A DNA stretch of 64,000 nucleotides from Pelomyxa schiedti (GCA_020536535.1 JAHLWZ010000676.1:62001-126000), one strand, 5' to 3'; shown: positions 36,638 through 48,861, counted from the first letter of the stretch. Translations and numbers: made by a program. Notes: a model not told the origin generated them from the letters alone.

Positions 36638-39600
36638 ATGGGAGCAAGCCAGTCGACTACAACGGCACGAAGCGGGAGCACGGGGAGCAAGGGCACGGGG
36701 ACCGCTGCCGCCACAGGCACTGCCCCACGCCCGCCCGCCGAGACCACGGTCAAGTCCACCTCGGAGCGAATCAAGGAGGCCGTGGGCACCGGCGACTCCC
36801 CTCGCGTGGCCGCCCGCGTGGCTGCCGCCGAGGCCGTGGTAGCCTCGTTCCTCATGCCCCCCAGCGACCCCGACTCCCCCGGCGACTCCGCCGCCCCGCC
36901 GCCGCCTTCGTCGTCCGCAGCAGCGGCACCAGCGGAATCCGCCGCGGCGTCGGCGTCGTCGGGAGGGGGCAGGGAGGTGGCTGATTTGGCGAGATATGGG
37001 CTCAGGGTGGCCCCGAGGTTGCACAGGGCCAGGCCCTCCGTCGTAGTAGTGGACCTTAGCTACAACAGGCTCAATAAGGAATTTCCGACCCACTCATTCA
37101 GTGAGTAGTTTTGCTGCTGTATTGTGTAATGTGTTTGTGATTGGGTCGCGTTAGTAATGTTGTTATCGTTCTACTTTGAGTTACTGACCTTTGCAAGGCC
37201 ATCACATGCAGGAATTGCATATGATCTACAATCACCTTCAGACTTCGGATACTCTCCCACGCGCCCTGTCACATGCACACCTTACAAACTTGCAAGTTCT
37301 AGATTTATCCTACAACATGATTGAATCGGTTGAAAACATTCCATTCAACGAGTTCACTTCACTTCAGCGCCTAGGACTTCGGCATAATCCCTTAACCTCA
37401 CTACCAGCATGTACAACTCCTATATCGTTAAAAATCTAATCTCTTGTTAGCGATATGCACACTGAGTGCCCTCACTGAGCTAAATGCGGGGGAGACATCC
37501 ATTCCGAAACTACCTCGCGATATAGGCAATCTGAGGAACCTGAGAGTGTTCAAAATGGACTTCAGTGAAGTGTCCAAACTTCCTTCCTCTATGTCATCCC
37601 TCCAGGCACTTGAAGTGCTCGACTTTGATCATAACAGATTGTCCAAGTATGAGAGCAGTTTTTCCTCTTTTGATGCGCCAGGCGCCATGTTTAATGCAAT
37701 AAAAACCTAGGGTTCCGGAGCTTCTTTTTACTTTAGCTGGCCTGAGATCCCTGAGACTAGGGGGTAACCAGATTACAGAAATATTGGACAATTTATCGCA
37801 CCTCGCCAAATTGGAATCACTGGACCTTTCTCCCTCGAACATCTCCGCTTTTCCACTAGTCATTTGCAAAATTGCGTCACTAAGGAACCTCCACTTTTGC
37901 GGCAGCACGATACCTTCAATCCCGGATGAGATTTGGTAATGGGTAGAAATATGTGTCTATTCTTACATCCTATCAGCAACCTGGCCAATTTGGAAACATT
38001 GAAGCTCCGATGGAATAAACTCACTTCACTTCCGGATACCCTGAGCCGACTGGGACGATTACACACTTTGGATATTGCAGGAAATTCCTTCACGAAATTT
38101 CCAGAAGTGATTCCATTGGTACACTTCTCGCGCACGCACTTCACAATTTCATTATTTCCTCACCAATTGCGCAAACAAAACAAAGATCGGGGCATTGCGT
38201 TCTCTGAATTACTCCCATAATACACCACCATTTGAGCCTGAAATTGACGCGCCTTTGAAAGCACTCGAAAGAATAACTTGGCTGCATTCTGACCACTTCC
38301 TACGCACAGTTCCTGGTACTCATTAGTCACCCTTTATTTTCTCACGTTTTAACATAGGACCAATTGCACCAAATCCGCTTCCACCTGCCATACCCTCAAC
38401 ACCAAGTAAATTGAAAATAACGGAAGTCCCTAATGCAACCACACTTAGTGCTGAGCAAGTGCGGGACAAAGTCTTTGGAACCATTTTTGGTATGTCTGTA
38501 GAAGCATCACCATACATGTTAACATTTCCCACAGGTGCCGCTATCGGAGATGCCATAGGACTAGGTACTCTCACACATTTATATATACATACTTACGTTT
38601 AACCAGCAACTGAATTCATGTCTGCTGTTCAGGCCTCGTTTCAATACGGTGGTGGGCCCATAGAATTTGCTGAATTTATCAGATGCCGACACAGAAATAG
38701 ATTTGCCTATGGAGATTGGACTGATGACACTGACCAGTTTGTTTAATTTCCTGCTGGACGCCTTAACTGGTACCCAGGCTTATACTCATCATGCAACAAC
38801 AACTGGACCTTGACGGAGGCATTGATCTCTCCGCCTTTGGCCTTAGCTTATTACGGTGGGCCTATGAAGGCTACGCAGACATTGGCGATTTTGCTGGAAT
38901 GGGTCTGGGTATATACTCCTTGCTTTGTAGTTATCTTCCCTGAATCACCAAAGGTGGTACAGTTGGCTCTGTGATGATGCACATGGACTTTCTCAAAGAC
39001 CCCCATAAAGTAACGAAGGAGTGGAGTGGAATATTCTTTTAACCAACAACAGGCAGCCCAGGAAGTGTGGGAGCAAGGAGGTAAAAAAAATGCTGCAAAT
39101 GGGGTAAATTATCTGTCATCTCTTTTTTTTTTTTTTTTAATATTATGACACCTCTTTAGGCTGTGATGAGGACTGGTTTTCTTGGAATTCCGTTTTTCTA
39201 TGATACCGAACACGTGGTGAATAACACACTTGCATATACCAGAGTTACACACGCGGATCCAAGGTGTTCTGCGTCAACTGTTGCAGTGACTGTTGCAATT
39301 GCTCAACTTCTGCGCGGTATTTGCGATATTTCGGCAATTACCGATACTGGTACATGTGTAATGCAAATTACGAAGATCTAACGAAATACGTGTAGCATTT
39401 GCCGAGGCGGCGAAATTTCTTGAAAGTAAAGATCATGAGGAACTCAAGTTTCACATGAATGCAAATGTGCACCAATTGCAATTAGATGAGCGAAACACCA
39501 TAGGGTTGGTTTATTCTATCCATCTGGCCTTCTTCTAAACCTCAACTCCACTCTAGTTACACATATAAAGCAATGGGATCAGCGTTCTATGCCTTGAGAG

Positions 39601-39953
39601 AAGACGATTTCGAGCATGCACTTACTGCAATAACACTGGCTGCAGGTGATGCAGACACGTATGCACCCTTACTTATACCAAATAATAAGTCAATTGTAAT
39701 TCACTAATCCCTACCTAAGAAATGGCTGCGTTGCTGGGTAAAATTACCTCCTCACTTTCTAAATTCATTACTGATTCTCAACAAACAGTGCCGTGCTTGG
39801 ATGTAAACTTGGCTACTCCCACCTTCCAACGCGATGGCTTATGGGTCTGTTTATTTCTTTTCCTCCTGTTACACTTACACTTGGATACAAGGAATGCCGC
39901 ACAGAACCTGGCTTGAGGCCCAGATCAACCAAATCTGCAGCAAATTGTTGTAA
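36638..39953 (+). CDS. Putatively myristoylated LRR protein fused to an ADP-ribosylglycohydrolase (ARH/DraG family) domain
   Basis: Starts MGASQS; roughly 10 LRRs (LQVLDLSYN, LQRLGLRHN, LETLKLRWNKLTSLP, LHTLDIAGN); then GAAIGDAIG, GDWTDDTDQ (38711-38737), AANG|AVMRT, THADPRC, AGDADT|NGCVAG|AVLG, HRTWLEAQI. One continuous spliced frame. Confidence 0.9.
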
Positions 39954-40118
39954 ATACGACTCCATCAAGACAAATCACCTTCCGAGACTTCTTGTCTCAT
40001 CAACTTTCAAAAAAAAAAAGAAGGCCGGGAAGTGATGTCTCGTCTTGACGTGGCCGTTTTAAAGAGCAACGGTTTGTTTTGCATTTTACAAAACAAACCC
40101 AGTGAAGATCTGTGAGCA

Positions 40119-41486
40119 ATGGCCGATGAGGACGTTCGTCTGTCGGTGTGCACGGTCAGCTGTTTGAACGCTAGGACACAGGCCATGGCGTTGTTGTGCT
40201 GCACTCACCCTCGCTGCGGCCACGGCAGTTACGCCAGATCTGTCCCTCCCAAGGTCTTTACCCTGCTCTGTTTGAGGTGGATTTTGTACCGAAGCAGATC
40301 CGCGGCTCTCAACCTCCTCTACTACGTGTGCGTCGACGGCGAGCGACTCATGCCTCGTCCCGTGTGCCTGGCGTTTGGAGTGACACCAATTGGCTCTATC
40401 TTGCTGGACAGGGTGGTGACATGCCGCAGCGGTGGGAGTGGAACGATGGGAGGCAAGAGGAGTGTATCCGGGGAAGAATTCCAGCCCACGGTGACACCAT
40501 ACGAGGCACTCTCCTGGATCAACGGGGGAGTGGCGGTGTGCATGGAACGCGCCAAGCCAAAACCTGTCAAGGGCAAAAAGGGGCTGGTGGAGTCGGGGAG
40601 TTTGATAAGATTTGGTGTGCATGACGTGACCGTGCCGGATAGCCAAGGCCATTTTATGCGATCGTTTCCGCCACCAACCAAACGGATTGAAGTGATAAGC
40701 AATTCGCGCTGGATCATTCATATCAGGGATGCTGATTTGTATGTATGGAAAGTGATCAACTCGGTGCCACAAATTCCCGAGAAGGTTATTCCTCTTCCAG
40801 CTTTCAAGGAGCTATTGCATTTGGTGTTCGCGTCACAGAATACTTCAGAGTGTGACAATATGACGCTTGTTTATCTTAATGCTCTTGGACCGGCAGCACG
40901 ACTCGCCGAAACGAGGATTTCCACCTTCAATCTTCCACGTACTTTCAGTTCTGGGCAGCTCTCTCTTGTCCAGGAGTTCATCTTCACTTCTCAGCGCACA
41001 TATATTACAAGGATTAGTTTCCTCAAATCTGGTGACCTTCTGTACTTTGAGAATTCTTTTGTCGGCCGAACGGAGACGGTAATGGAAAAGATTAAAAGAG
41101 TGACTGGTACTTACAATTACACTGCTGAGAAAGAAATTGCCTTGATTCACCAAAGAACCGGTGATCGCCAAGTCCTTCCTAGCAACACTTATGAAGCGTT
41201 TCCTTTCTCTTCCACCCATTTCCAAGTCTACTCCACCTCAAACCCGCTCTCTTGTTCCGTTTTCAGCGTCGAGAACACAAAATCCCCAGTTATTGTTCAC
41301 CCTGCTTGTCGACCCTTGAACCCATATTTTAAAAACAACTTCATGCTACGGAGTACAATCTCTGGAAACAATGAACAAGTAATGCTACATTTTCAAGATG
41401 CTCTCACAGGCCAACTGCTGTTGCAACTTGCAGTCTCCTCGCCCTCCCACACCATCCAATGGATGCCTCTCATCACTCTCACTTGA
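40119..41486 (+). CDS. Intronless lineage-specific expanded-family protein, beta-rich C-terminal region
   Basis: 455-aa ORF; ARTQAMALL..HPRCG..S; ISNSRWII, LYVWKV, DALTGQLL shared with the 47629 paralogue. Confidence 0.75.
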   Translation: MADEDVRLSVCTVSCLNARTQAMALLCCTHPRCGHGSYARSVPPKVFTLLCLRWILYRSRSAALNLLYYVCVDGERLMPRPVCLAFGVTPIGSILLDRVVTCRSGGSGTMGGKRSVSGEEFQPTVTPYEALSWINGGVAVCMERAKPKPVKGKKGLVESGSLIRFGVHDVTVPDSQGHFMRSFPPPTKRIEVISNSRWIIHIRDADLYVWKVINSVPQIPEKVIPLPAFKELLHLVFASQNTSECDNMTLVYLNALGPAARLAETRISTFNLPRTFSSGQLSLVQEFIFTSQRTYITRISFLKSGDLLYFENSFVGRTETVMEKIKRVTGTYNYTAEKEIALIHQRTGDRQVLPSNTYEAFPFSSTHFQVYSTSNPLSCSVFSVENTKSPVIVHPACRPLNPYFKNNFMLRSTISGNNEQVMLHFQDALTGQLLLQLAVSSPSHTIQWMPLITLT

Positions 41487-41569
41487 ATTGACACCAAAAC
41501 AAAAAAAAATCACCAAAGCCGAAATTTTTTCTCCGAGAGGCAAGATAGCTGAAATCAACGCCTTACTTT

Positions 41570-43476
41570 ATGGGACAGTGGCACACGAAAAGGAGCGAGG
41601 CGCCAACCGCCGAGCAGCAGGGTGTGTTGTGCGAACCCACTGCGACGGATGCGACCCACACCAATGACGAAACCCCCGCGGCTGTCCCACAATCGCAACC
41701 GGTTGTGTTGGAGGAGGACCCACGGGTCTCTGAGCTGCGTAGGGTTACGCCGACCCTGCCTGTTGATGTTTGTGAGCGCATTGTGTACCTCTCGACTTAC
41801 ATGTACTGGGTCCCGGTTGGTTCTTTTTTTTCACTTGGATTGAGTGAACATTTTTTTGACTTGCACAAGGTGATTCGTATGCATGGGGAGTTGATGAAGC
41901 TCAGAGGGCAGGTTTCAGATGCGCAGCATTCAATGATGGGAGACCACAGTCTGTGCCACTCACTGCAGGACAAAGCTCACACTCTTTGTGCACAGATACT
42001 ATCAGCACTCTTTCCGAGCATTCCTCAAGTGCGGTTCTTCTCTTTATCTCTTTTCTTTTATGTTTATTTGATAATTTTCAAACATATTCAAGTGCCCCTT
42101 TTGAACTCCATCCAGCTTCTTTCGAATGCAAGTAGAATTTTTGCGACTGCCCTGGATGAAGTTGGGTCACTTGACGAAGAGAATGGACATAACCAGTCTT
42201 ATGAGTTCACGATACCAGAGAATATGAACAAAGTGCTAGTGACGAAGTACGGAGCTGATTTTACATTGGAGCAGAAGAGAAGCTCTGGCAGTAACAAACG
42301 AATTGCAGCTATAGATACCTCTCCTTTCGGCTGCGATGTTACTCCTGGTCAGTACACGCTCGTACGTTCTGCATCAGAAAAGAAAAGTGATCCCTTCCTG
42401 GACTACGAATATGGCTATTCGCGGAACTACCAAGTAGTTGGTATGAGTAGTCTAGAATAGCGATGAGCTTAATCCCCCAGTGCTATGCTATGATAAGAGG
42501 TTGGGAGGCGTTATTACGAGATTAAACACTATTCACCCAACCATCTTGCAGTCTTTTCAAAAAGTTTGCAAACTGAATTTCATGTAAATTGTTGAGATAT
42601 CTCCAGGTCAAACAGGAACTCGATTCAATGGAAACAGAGAAGATATGTTCACAAGGACTTGGCGTTCTTCTTGATCTTCCACCCAAACTAGTCGCTTTCA
42701 TCTGGGAAAAGCGGCAAGAGTCTTGTGAAGCGCTATCACAACTGCTTTCTACGGCTGATCCCTCTGCTTGTCATTGTCCAAGTGCCTTGCGAACTTTATT
42801 GGAGAAGAACAATGGCCTCGTATTTGGCTATAGCTTCCATGATCCTGCCTGGTCCAGAGGAACAGGTGCCTGTTAAAACCGCACTCTCTTTCTAACAATA
42901 ACAACAGACTGGGGTATGACACTTACCTTAAGACCAAGTGGCACATGCAGAATTGATTACTCCTCAGTCAGTGACAGGCGAAATGACGTAAGCCAATTAG
43001 CCATTAAAAAAAAACAAACCTGTAACCAACTCATTACCCTCTGTATACCCTAGGATTTATTCATACGATGTAGCAGTGAAGGAGTGTGGACTTGCCGGAA
43101 ATCCAGAATAACTCTCACTACCATGCAAACGGTTGTAGCCACTCGCTGCGGACCCCTCACCCTGAGCGGAGGGTCATCAGAATTAACCACTCAGGAGCTT
43201 GACATTTCTGGCAGCGGCCCAGTCAAACTCATTCCCAAGAAATCCGGTGATGCAACTCCCAGGAGTGGCAGGTATTCATGTGTATCAGAACCACTCACGA
43301 TGGATGAGTCTGGGTGTGGGCTGTCGCCACACTGGGCACAGGGCTGGGGCGAATTTGTAAATGACACTGAGGCTTCCAAGACCTACATAATACCTGACTC
43401 CGACCCAGCAAAAATCCTCCAGGAAGTCTCTTCTTTGGATTTCTTTGGTCCTCCATGCCGAAACACATACTACTGA
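41570..43476 (+). CDS. Hypothetical protein, possible myristoylation (MGQWHT) and F-box-like segment
   Basis: Multi-exon ORF chain 41570-42460, 42589-42876, 43084-43476; segment TLPVDVCERIVYL. Confidence 0.55.
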
Positions 43477-44099
43477 AACCAAAGGAAAAAAAAACAAATT
43501 TTTTTTTGTAGTCTTTTGTACTCCCAAATTTCCTTTAGGCCGGGGAATAGTGCCTATTTGTTTACATGTTTCCCCTGAAGTTCAAGTAGATATTTCGAAA
43601 TTACAAACTTGTCATTGGTGCTGGAAAATGTCGGGCATAAACTCGTGTGATACCACATACGATAAAGCGAGATCTTGTTGTGAAGATGGCAATACAATTG
43701 AAAGGGAAATGAATAGTCAGGATCTCAATACTACCAAGGTTACTTCATCCGCAAAGACTGACGATATGAGTGCCAGTATTCCCACTAGTATCGGCTCGTT
43801 TGCGGTTACAGATCTTGCTGGGTGGTTGTTGTTACCATCAACCAGTTTGATAGGGATAGGATGGAAACGCAGGTTAATCTTTCAGCTCGGAAATGAATGT
43901 CACTTAACTTGCCAAATTACTCAAGGTGGGTGTCAAGTGTTTCCACGGACAGAGTTGCAGTATTTCACGTATATACAAAAAGAGGTGGCGTACAATGTGG
44001 TTCGTTCTGTGTATCCCATTCTGACACGGTACTTTGTCCAGTTATTCTGAATGCTACGCAGTTCAGTGTTTTGTCCGTAGGTTGTTAGAGTCTCTATTC

Positions 44100-45471
44100 C
44101 TCGCCGATTGAGAAGTAAGTATTCCCAAAAGATGAAATAATCTAATGGTATTTAAGCTGGGCTCTTTGGTTCATACTCAAAGGAAGTAGGTCAGTGTATG
44201 CCGTTCCAATTTCACCCCACACAGAAATTTATGAATATTGATATTCGAACACCATCAACCACTGTTCAAATGATAGCATTTGGCAATGAATCGTGCCACT
44301 ACTGGAAGTAACGACCTGCGTGTTTTTTCCACAAATTTCACCAAAGATAGGTATGGTCTACTTCAACTGTTGCTGACTCTGAGAGCAAAGGCCGAAACAT
44401 AGTATGCAAACAACAAGCGTGACAAACACCTTCCTGTGAAATGTCACACAAAAGAAAAAGTAAAATTTCCTCGTCGCTGGAACGTAAAGCAGGGAAAAAA
44501 CTGAAACGGCGTCTTGCGGTTACCTCAAAAACTTCGTTGAACTGCAGAAATCTGACACATGCAGAATACAAAGTCTCAGCACGTGGGGAAATGGAACTCT
44601 CCTCAACAAACCACTTTACCAAGTCCACGTCTCCAATATGCATGCATACCATGTCTAACATTTCTTCTGAGAGAGCAGTGCCAAAAGTATCCATGACACA
44701 CCAGAATGCCTTTGTAGTCACAAAGTAGAAGTTTGACAGTTCAAAATGTTCAATGGGAAAGGATTCCTTTATCCAAGCTGCAAGTTCCAGAGAATTTCCT
44801 GCCAGGGCCTCATAAAAGTAGTCAGTGGTGTCTTCAGTAGGCTTAATTCGTGGGAACCTCTCGAAGGCCCACTTGGCCACATCAACTCGGCCACTTTAAC
44901 AAGCACGTGTGGCCAAATCAGAGGGCTTAGCTTTAGCCAATTCATCTCCAACATTGAGATAATCAGCCAGCCACTGAGCCACTTCCAAGTGCCCCTTTGA
45001 CAAGGCACTCCATATTGGATCCAAAAATTGCCAAGGCTCCTGGAATCCAAAGTTCAGCACAATCCACTTGACAACTTCAATGTCCCCAACTCCACAAGCC
45101 TGATCCAGAATGGGCCAATCCCTGACCAATTCAACAAGTTGTTCCTATAGATTGGCCCCTGAGGGACTTTGAGGGCCCAGGGAAACCCATAATGTATTCG
45201 CCAGAGACCAAACTCTTGGCCTGGTCCAAGTGCCCCCGAGACAAAGCCCTTGCAACACCGTGAGCAAGTCCTTGTGCCGGGCAGCCGGCGCCGATGCGCG
45301 ATTATGGGGCGGGGGCTACAGCCCCTCATTGCCCGCGTAGGCTTCTATGCTTGTCGGCGGTCCAACTTGGCCGCGCAGCGAGACCCGAGGACTGACATCG
45401 ATGCTTGGCAGGACAGGGCCACGAGAGGGAAAAATGCGTAGGCGACGCACATCATCGTTCTTGGATCCCAT
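44100..45471 (-). pseudogene. Ankyrin-like repeat pseudogene with three in-frame stops
   Basis: ATG 45471 (MGSKNDD); same frame passes TAG 45318, TAG 45147 and TAA 44898 through repeats ACGVGDIEVVKWIV, ALSKGHLEVAQWLAD, AC*SGRVDVAKWAF, IGDVDLVKWFVEE; later frameshift near 44340. 3' limit approximate. Confidence 0.75.
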
Positions 45472-47187
45472 AAGCTCGGGGGCGTCATGTTGCTGTTGGT
45501 CTTGCGTAACTGGACGGGTGCCGGAAAAAAAAAGTACAATTTTCCGGCACCCGGACCAGATTGTATCATTCTCCTAAATTGATTACAAAAAACTGTTGTG
45601 GTAGTGCAAAATATGACGTTGGCTCCACATTTCAACACCTTTGACACCCCAAATCCTCCTCCACCAAGGCTTTTCTCTTTCTGAGCAACCACTGGTTTAC
45701 TCTCCACATTTGGGCCAACTTGGAGTCTACTGTTATTCCAACACTGCCAACTTCAATGTCAACATCTTCTTCATTGGTCCACAATGATGCAGAAGACCAA
45801 AGGCCAAGGTTAAACTCATCAGATTGTGGCATTGTTTGAGCACTCTTTCCAATTTGAAGATTGTGCACCTGAGAAAAGACTTCTGACATTGAAATGTGAT
45901 GAGCTTGACTGTCATATGCTATTGCATTCTGTTTGAGTCACCAAAATATTCCTCAAATGCCAGAAAGAACTCAACATTTACAACAATTAATGAAACATAA
46001 AAAAGTGTAACAGCAATCTCAAACTCCACAACAGCTTCAGTGCTAAAAAACCAAAAAAGGGTAGGTACCACAGTTTTATTTTGTTTTAACTGTTTATAGC
46101 ATATCTGGGGATTTCTCATTTGCTGGTGACATTACAAGCTGCACTGCATCTCACTGACTCATCTGCAAATGCACAAAGGAAAGCCATCTCTGACTGGGCT
46201 GCAAAAACTGGAAACATGGAAACAACAAAAACAGCAGTGGTTTCTATCAAAGAAAAGCAAGCACAAGCTGTTCCTCAGCAACAGCCACGCAAACACAGAC
46301 CTTCAGCTTCACAAGTGACACCCATTCCCAGGGAGACTGCCACTGCACCTCAGCCAAAACAACCCCAAAAGCGTTAAAGCCTTGGCTCCGTACCATCTAC
46401 AGTGTTGTGTCCAAAAATTGGGGGTCAAACTAATGTTTCCTTCACTGGGAAACTGCACCAAAAGAGAACAAAGAGGCACAAAGTATTTTATTCATCTTGG
46501 AATGGATGGATACATTTGGGTGTGTTTGTGTTGAGGTTTTTTGTATATTTGTATTGGAATTCTTGGTATTTTTTTGTATAGAAATGAGGTGACTTGGTGT
46601 GCGTTTATAAAGGATTCCAAAGTCAAGGGAAAGGTCTTGGGTATCTCGATGATCTTTCTGTGAACTTGATTTCCGAACTTGGTAAGTGATGACTCAGCCT
46701 CCGAGTCTCCAGTCTCGAGTCTTGCGAGTGCGCCTTGCGCACAGTTTGCCTGTGTGTTCGCAGAATCACACACTAACCCTGAAACCTGAAATTGGGAATT
46801 AGAGACACTACCTGAGAGAAAGCACAAAAATGAAAGAATGCAAAATGCCAAACGTCCATCTCAGTTATCACATCCTTATGGGCAAACAGCCAGAAGCATT
46901 TGGGAAATCGTAGCTCAACAATGGGGTGGGTTCACTGCCCCATAAATTGATATTTGATTTGGTGTCACCTACCCTCACCATGTTATATGCATCTAACACA
47001 CCCACATATTCTATTTGCAGCCGAGCTTCTTACTGCTAATCAAACTCTCCCAAGCAACAGTCAAAAGAACTCAGTCACAGCAACAATTAAAAAAAGCCCA
47101 TTTTGTGTCTTCAGTTCCTTATATTTGGTTGAGTTCACTCTGGCCCAACAACACACAGTGAAAAAACAATGGCTTTTCCCCTTTGGT

Positions 47188-47315
47188 AAAACAGCCGCCC
47201 AGGCAGCTGTTTTATTTTTTTTTCCTTATTAAAACAGCCACCCGGGTGGCTGTTTTGCGGGGGTGGCTGGGTGGCTGTTTTTACAGGAAAGTGATAGGGA
47301 AAAAAACAGCCGCCC
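47188..47315. repeat. Foldback cluster of AAAACAGCC(A/G)CCC motifs including a perfect 26-bp palindrome (47231-47256)
   Basis: aaaacagccaccc|gggtggctgtttt perfect; aaaacagccgcc-ca-ggcagctgtttt (47188-47213) one mismatch; further copies near 47261-47282 (reverse) and 47303-47315 (forward). Confidence 0.85.
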
Positions 47316-47628
47316 TTTGACCCAGATATGGATCCAGATATGATTCGAGAGTAATGAGTGACATACATCCCAGTGCACTCTGAGAGCAAGCAAGTTAATA
47401 TTTGTGCATTAGATGTAGCAGTATTTAATCTCCTCACAACTGTGAGAGCGGGGTTTCGTCGGGCGGCCTCCACAGTTTGCTGTTGGTACTTTGGCGCAAA
47501 GGCGGAGTCCCATAATAATAATAAACCCCAAGGGCGGATGGTGGCATCCCGGTTTGTTTCGACAAACACGCCCTGTTGAGTGGGGTTTTCCACTAAGGCC
47601 CAATCGGCGCCATCGGAAAAACGGGGAA

Positions 47629-48861
47629 ATGGGGCAACAACAAGGGAGTGCCGTTGTGAACGTGACGACTACTGCCAAGTCGCAGGCCATGGCGCTTTGT
47701 TGTGCCGCGGTCGTGGCAAAGAGGTTCACTTTCCCGAGGAACCCGACGAGGTCGGCACCGTGCCGAACCTTCGTGGGGTCTACGGCGCTGTTTCGGGCGT
47801 GGGCCGAGGACTGGGTACTCAAGTCAGACAGGGAGACTGTGTTCAGGCTCCCAATCGAGGATTCAGCCCATTGTTGGGCAGAGACGGTCGAGCACTTCCT
47901 GTATCTGAGTGTCTCTCCCACGCTGGGCGTTGTGAGGCACTCGTGGCTCACTCGCAACCACACGGTGACCGTGATTGGGTGTGTTGGCCAAGGCAGGCTG
48001 TTGGTGGCAAACCGCGAGGATTTCGCATGGGAGGTTGTGGACGCCGTGTCTGGCGACAAAACTGGTGATGTCGACCGTGGTGCCGTTGTCGTGAGCTACG
48101 GAAAGGACCGGGTCAAGTGCAACAGGAAGTGGATTGTAGCGTTCTCCGGGCAGAATCTCAATTTGTGGAAGGTCGCTGGTGGTGCAGTCGAGAAGCGGGT
48201 GTGCATTGGCGGTGTGGAATTCAGAGGCGACTTTGAGTTTTCGCCCATCTGTGACGACGTTGTTGTTCAACTGACCGTTGGAAAGGATGGAAACCTGGGC
48301 GTGGTCACCTTCATTGACTTGGGTGCCAGCTTCAAGGCGCAGGAACTGGTGGTCGCATCAAGGGTTGTGTGCCGACAGCAATGGCCTTCTGGTGTAATGT
48401 GGCTTCCGGATGATCAAGGTGGTGGCCTGTGCATACTGCACCACGCAGAATCGGCGTATTACCTTCTCAGTGCCAACCAGGATGGAGGACCTGCAGAGGA
48501 GTGGAGACCCTTCCCGCCATTGCGCCATGTTGCCCCGATCAGCAAGAGCCACGCGATTGTCACTGCTTACCACCACACTACTCAATTCAGTGTGCACCGT
48601 GTTGGCCACGACATCTCAGAACCAATTCTGTACCTGCCATGCACGTGGGTGCACCCCTGCCAATCATCAGGGCTCATAGCCTCAACGGAATTTTGTAAGA
48701 AAAAAGCCGAGTCAGAATTGCCCTCAACTGATGCCAGTGTGGTGGCAGAGAGAAAGCGTAAAATATCTTTTGCAGTACATGATGGGGCCACTGGGTTCCA
48801 CATTGGTGAGTTTATTGTTCCACTGCCAAAAGGGTTTTCTTTTGAACCCAGGGACTTCTAA
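47629..48861 (+). CDS. Intronless lineage-specific expanded-family protein (paralogue of 40119)
   Basis: ORF open 47491-48861, first ATG 47629; AKSQAMAL, SVSPTLGVV, KCNRKWIV, LNLWKV, VHDGATGFHI. Confidence 0.75.
   Translation: MGQQQGSAVVNVTTTAKSQAMALCCAAVVAKRFTFPRNPTRSAPCRTFVGSTALFRAWAEDWVLKSDRETVFRLPIEDSAHCWAETVEHFLYLSVSPTLGVVRHSWLTRNHTVTVIGCVGQGRLLVANREDFAWEVVDAVSGDKTGDVDRGAVVVSYGKDRVKCNRKWIVAFSGQNLNLWKVAGGAVEKRVCIGGVEFRGDFEFSPICDDVVVQLTVGKDGNLGVVTFIDLGASFKAQELVVASRVVCRQQWPSGVMWLPDDQGGGLCILHHAESAYYLLSANQDGGPAEEWRPFPPLRHVAPISKSHAIVTAYHHTTQFSVHRVGHDISEPILYLPCTWVHPCQSSGLIASTEFCKKKAESELPSTDASVVAERKRKISFAVHDGATGFHIGEFIVPLPKGFSFEPRDF

Noticed and set aside
43445-44050. 201-aa plus-strand ORF
   Set aside because: No ATG start or recognisable motif; starts within the previous gene's end and poly-T tracts; may be antisense to the decayed 3' part of the ankyrin pseudogene.
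44896-45318. Possible UAA/UAG-to-Gln genetic code change
   Set aside because: Actin, MYRF, aldolase, Rho and others terminate at TAA and contain no internal UAR codons.
45480-47180. Exon-like fragments on both strands (e.g. 46120-46377 +, 46492-46851 -)
   Set aside because: I could not join them into a consistent gene or recognise a family; left unannotated.
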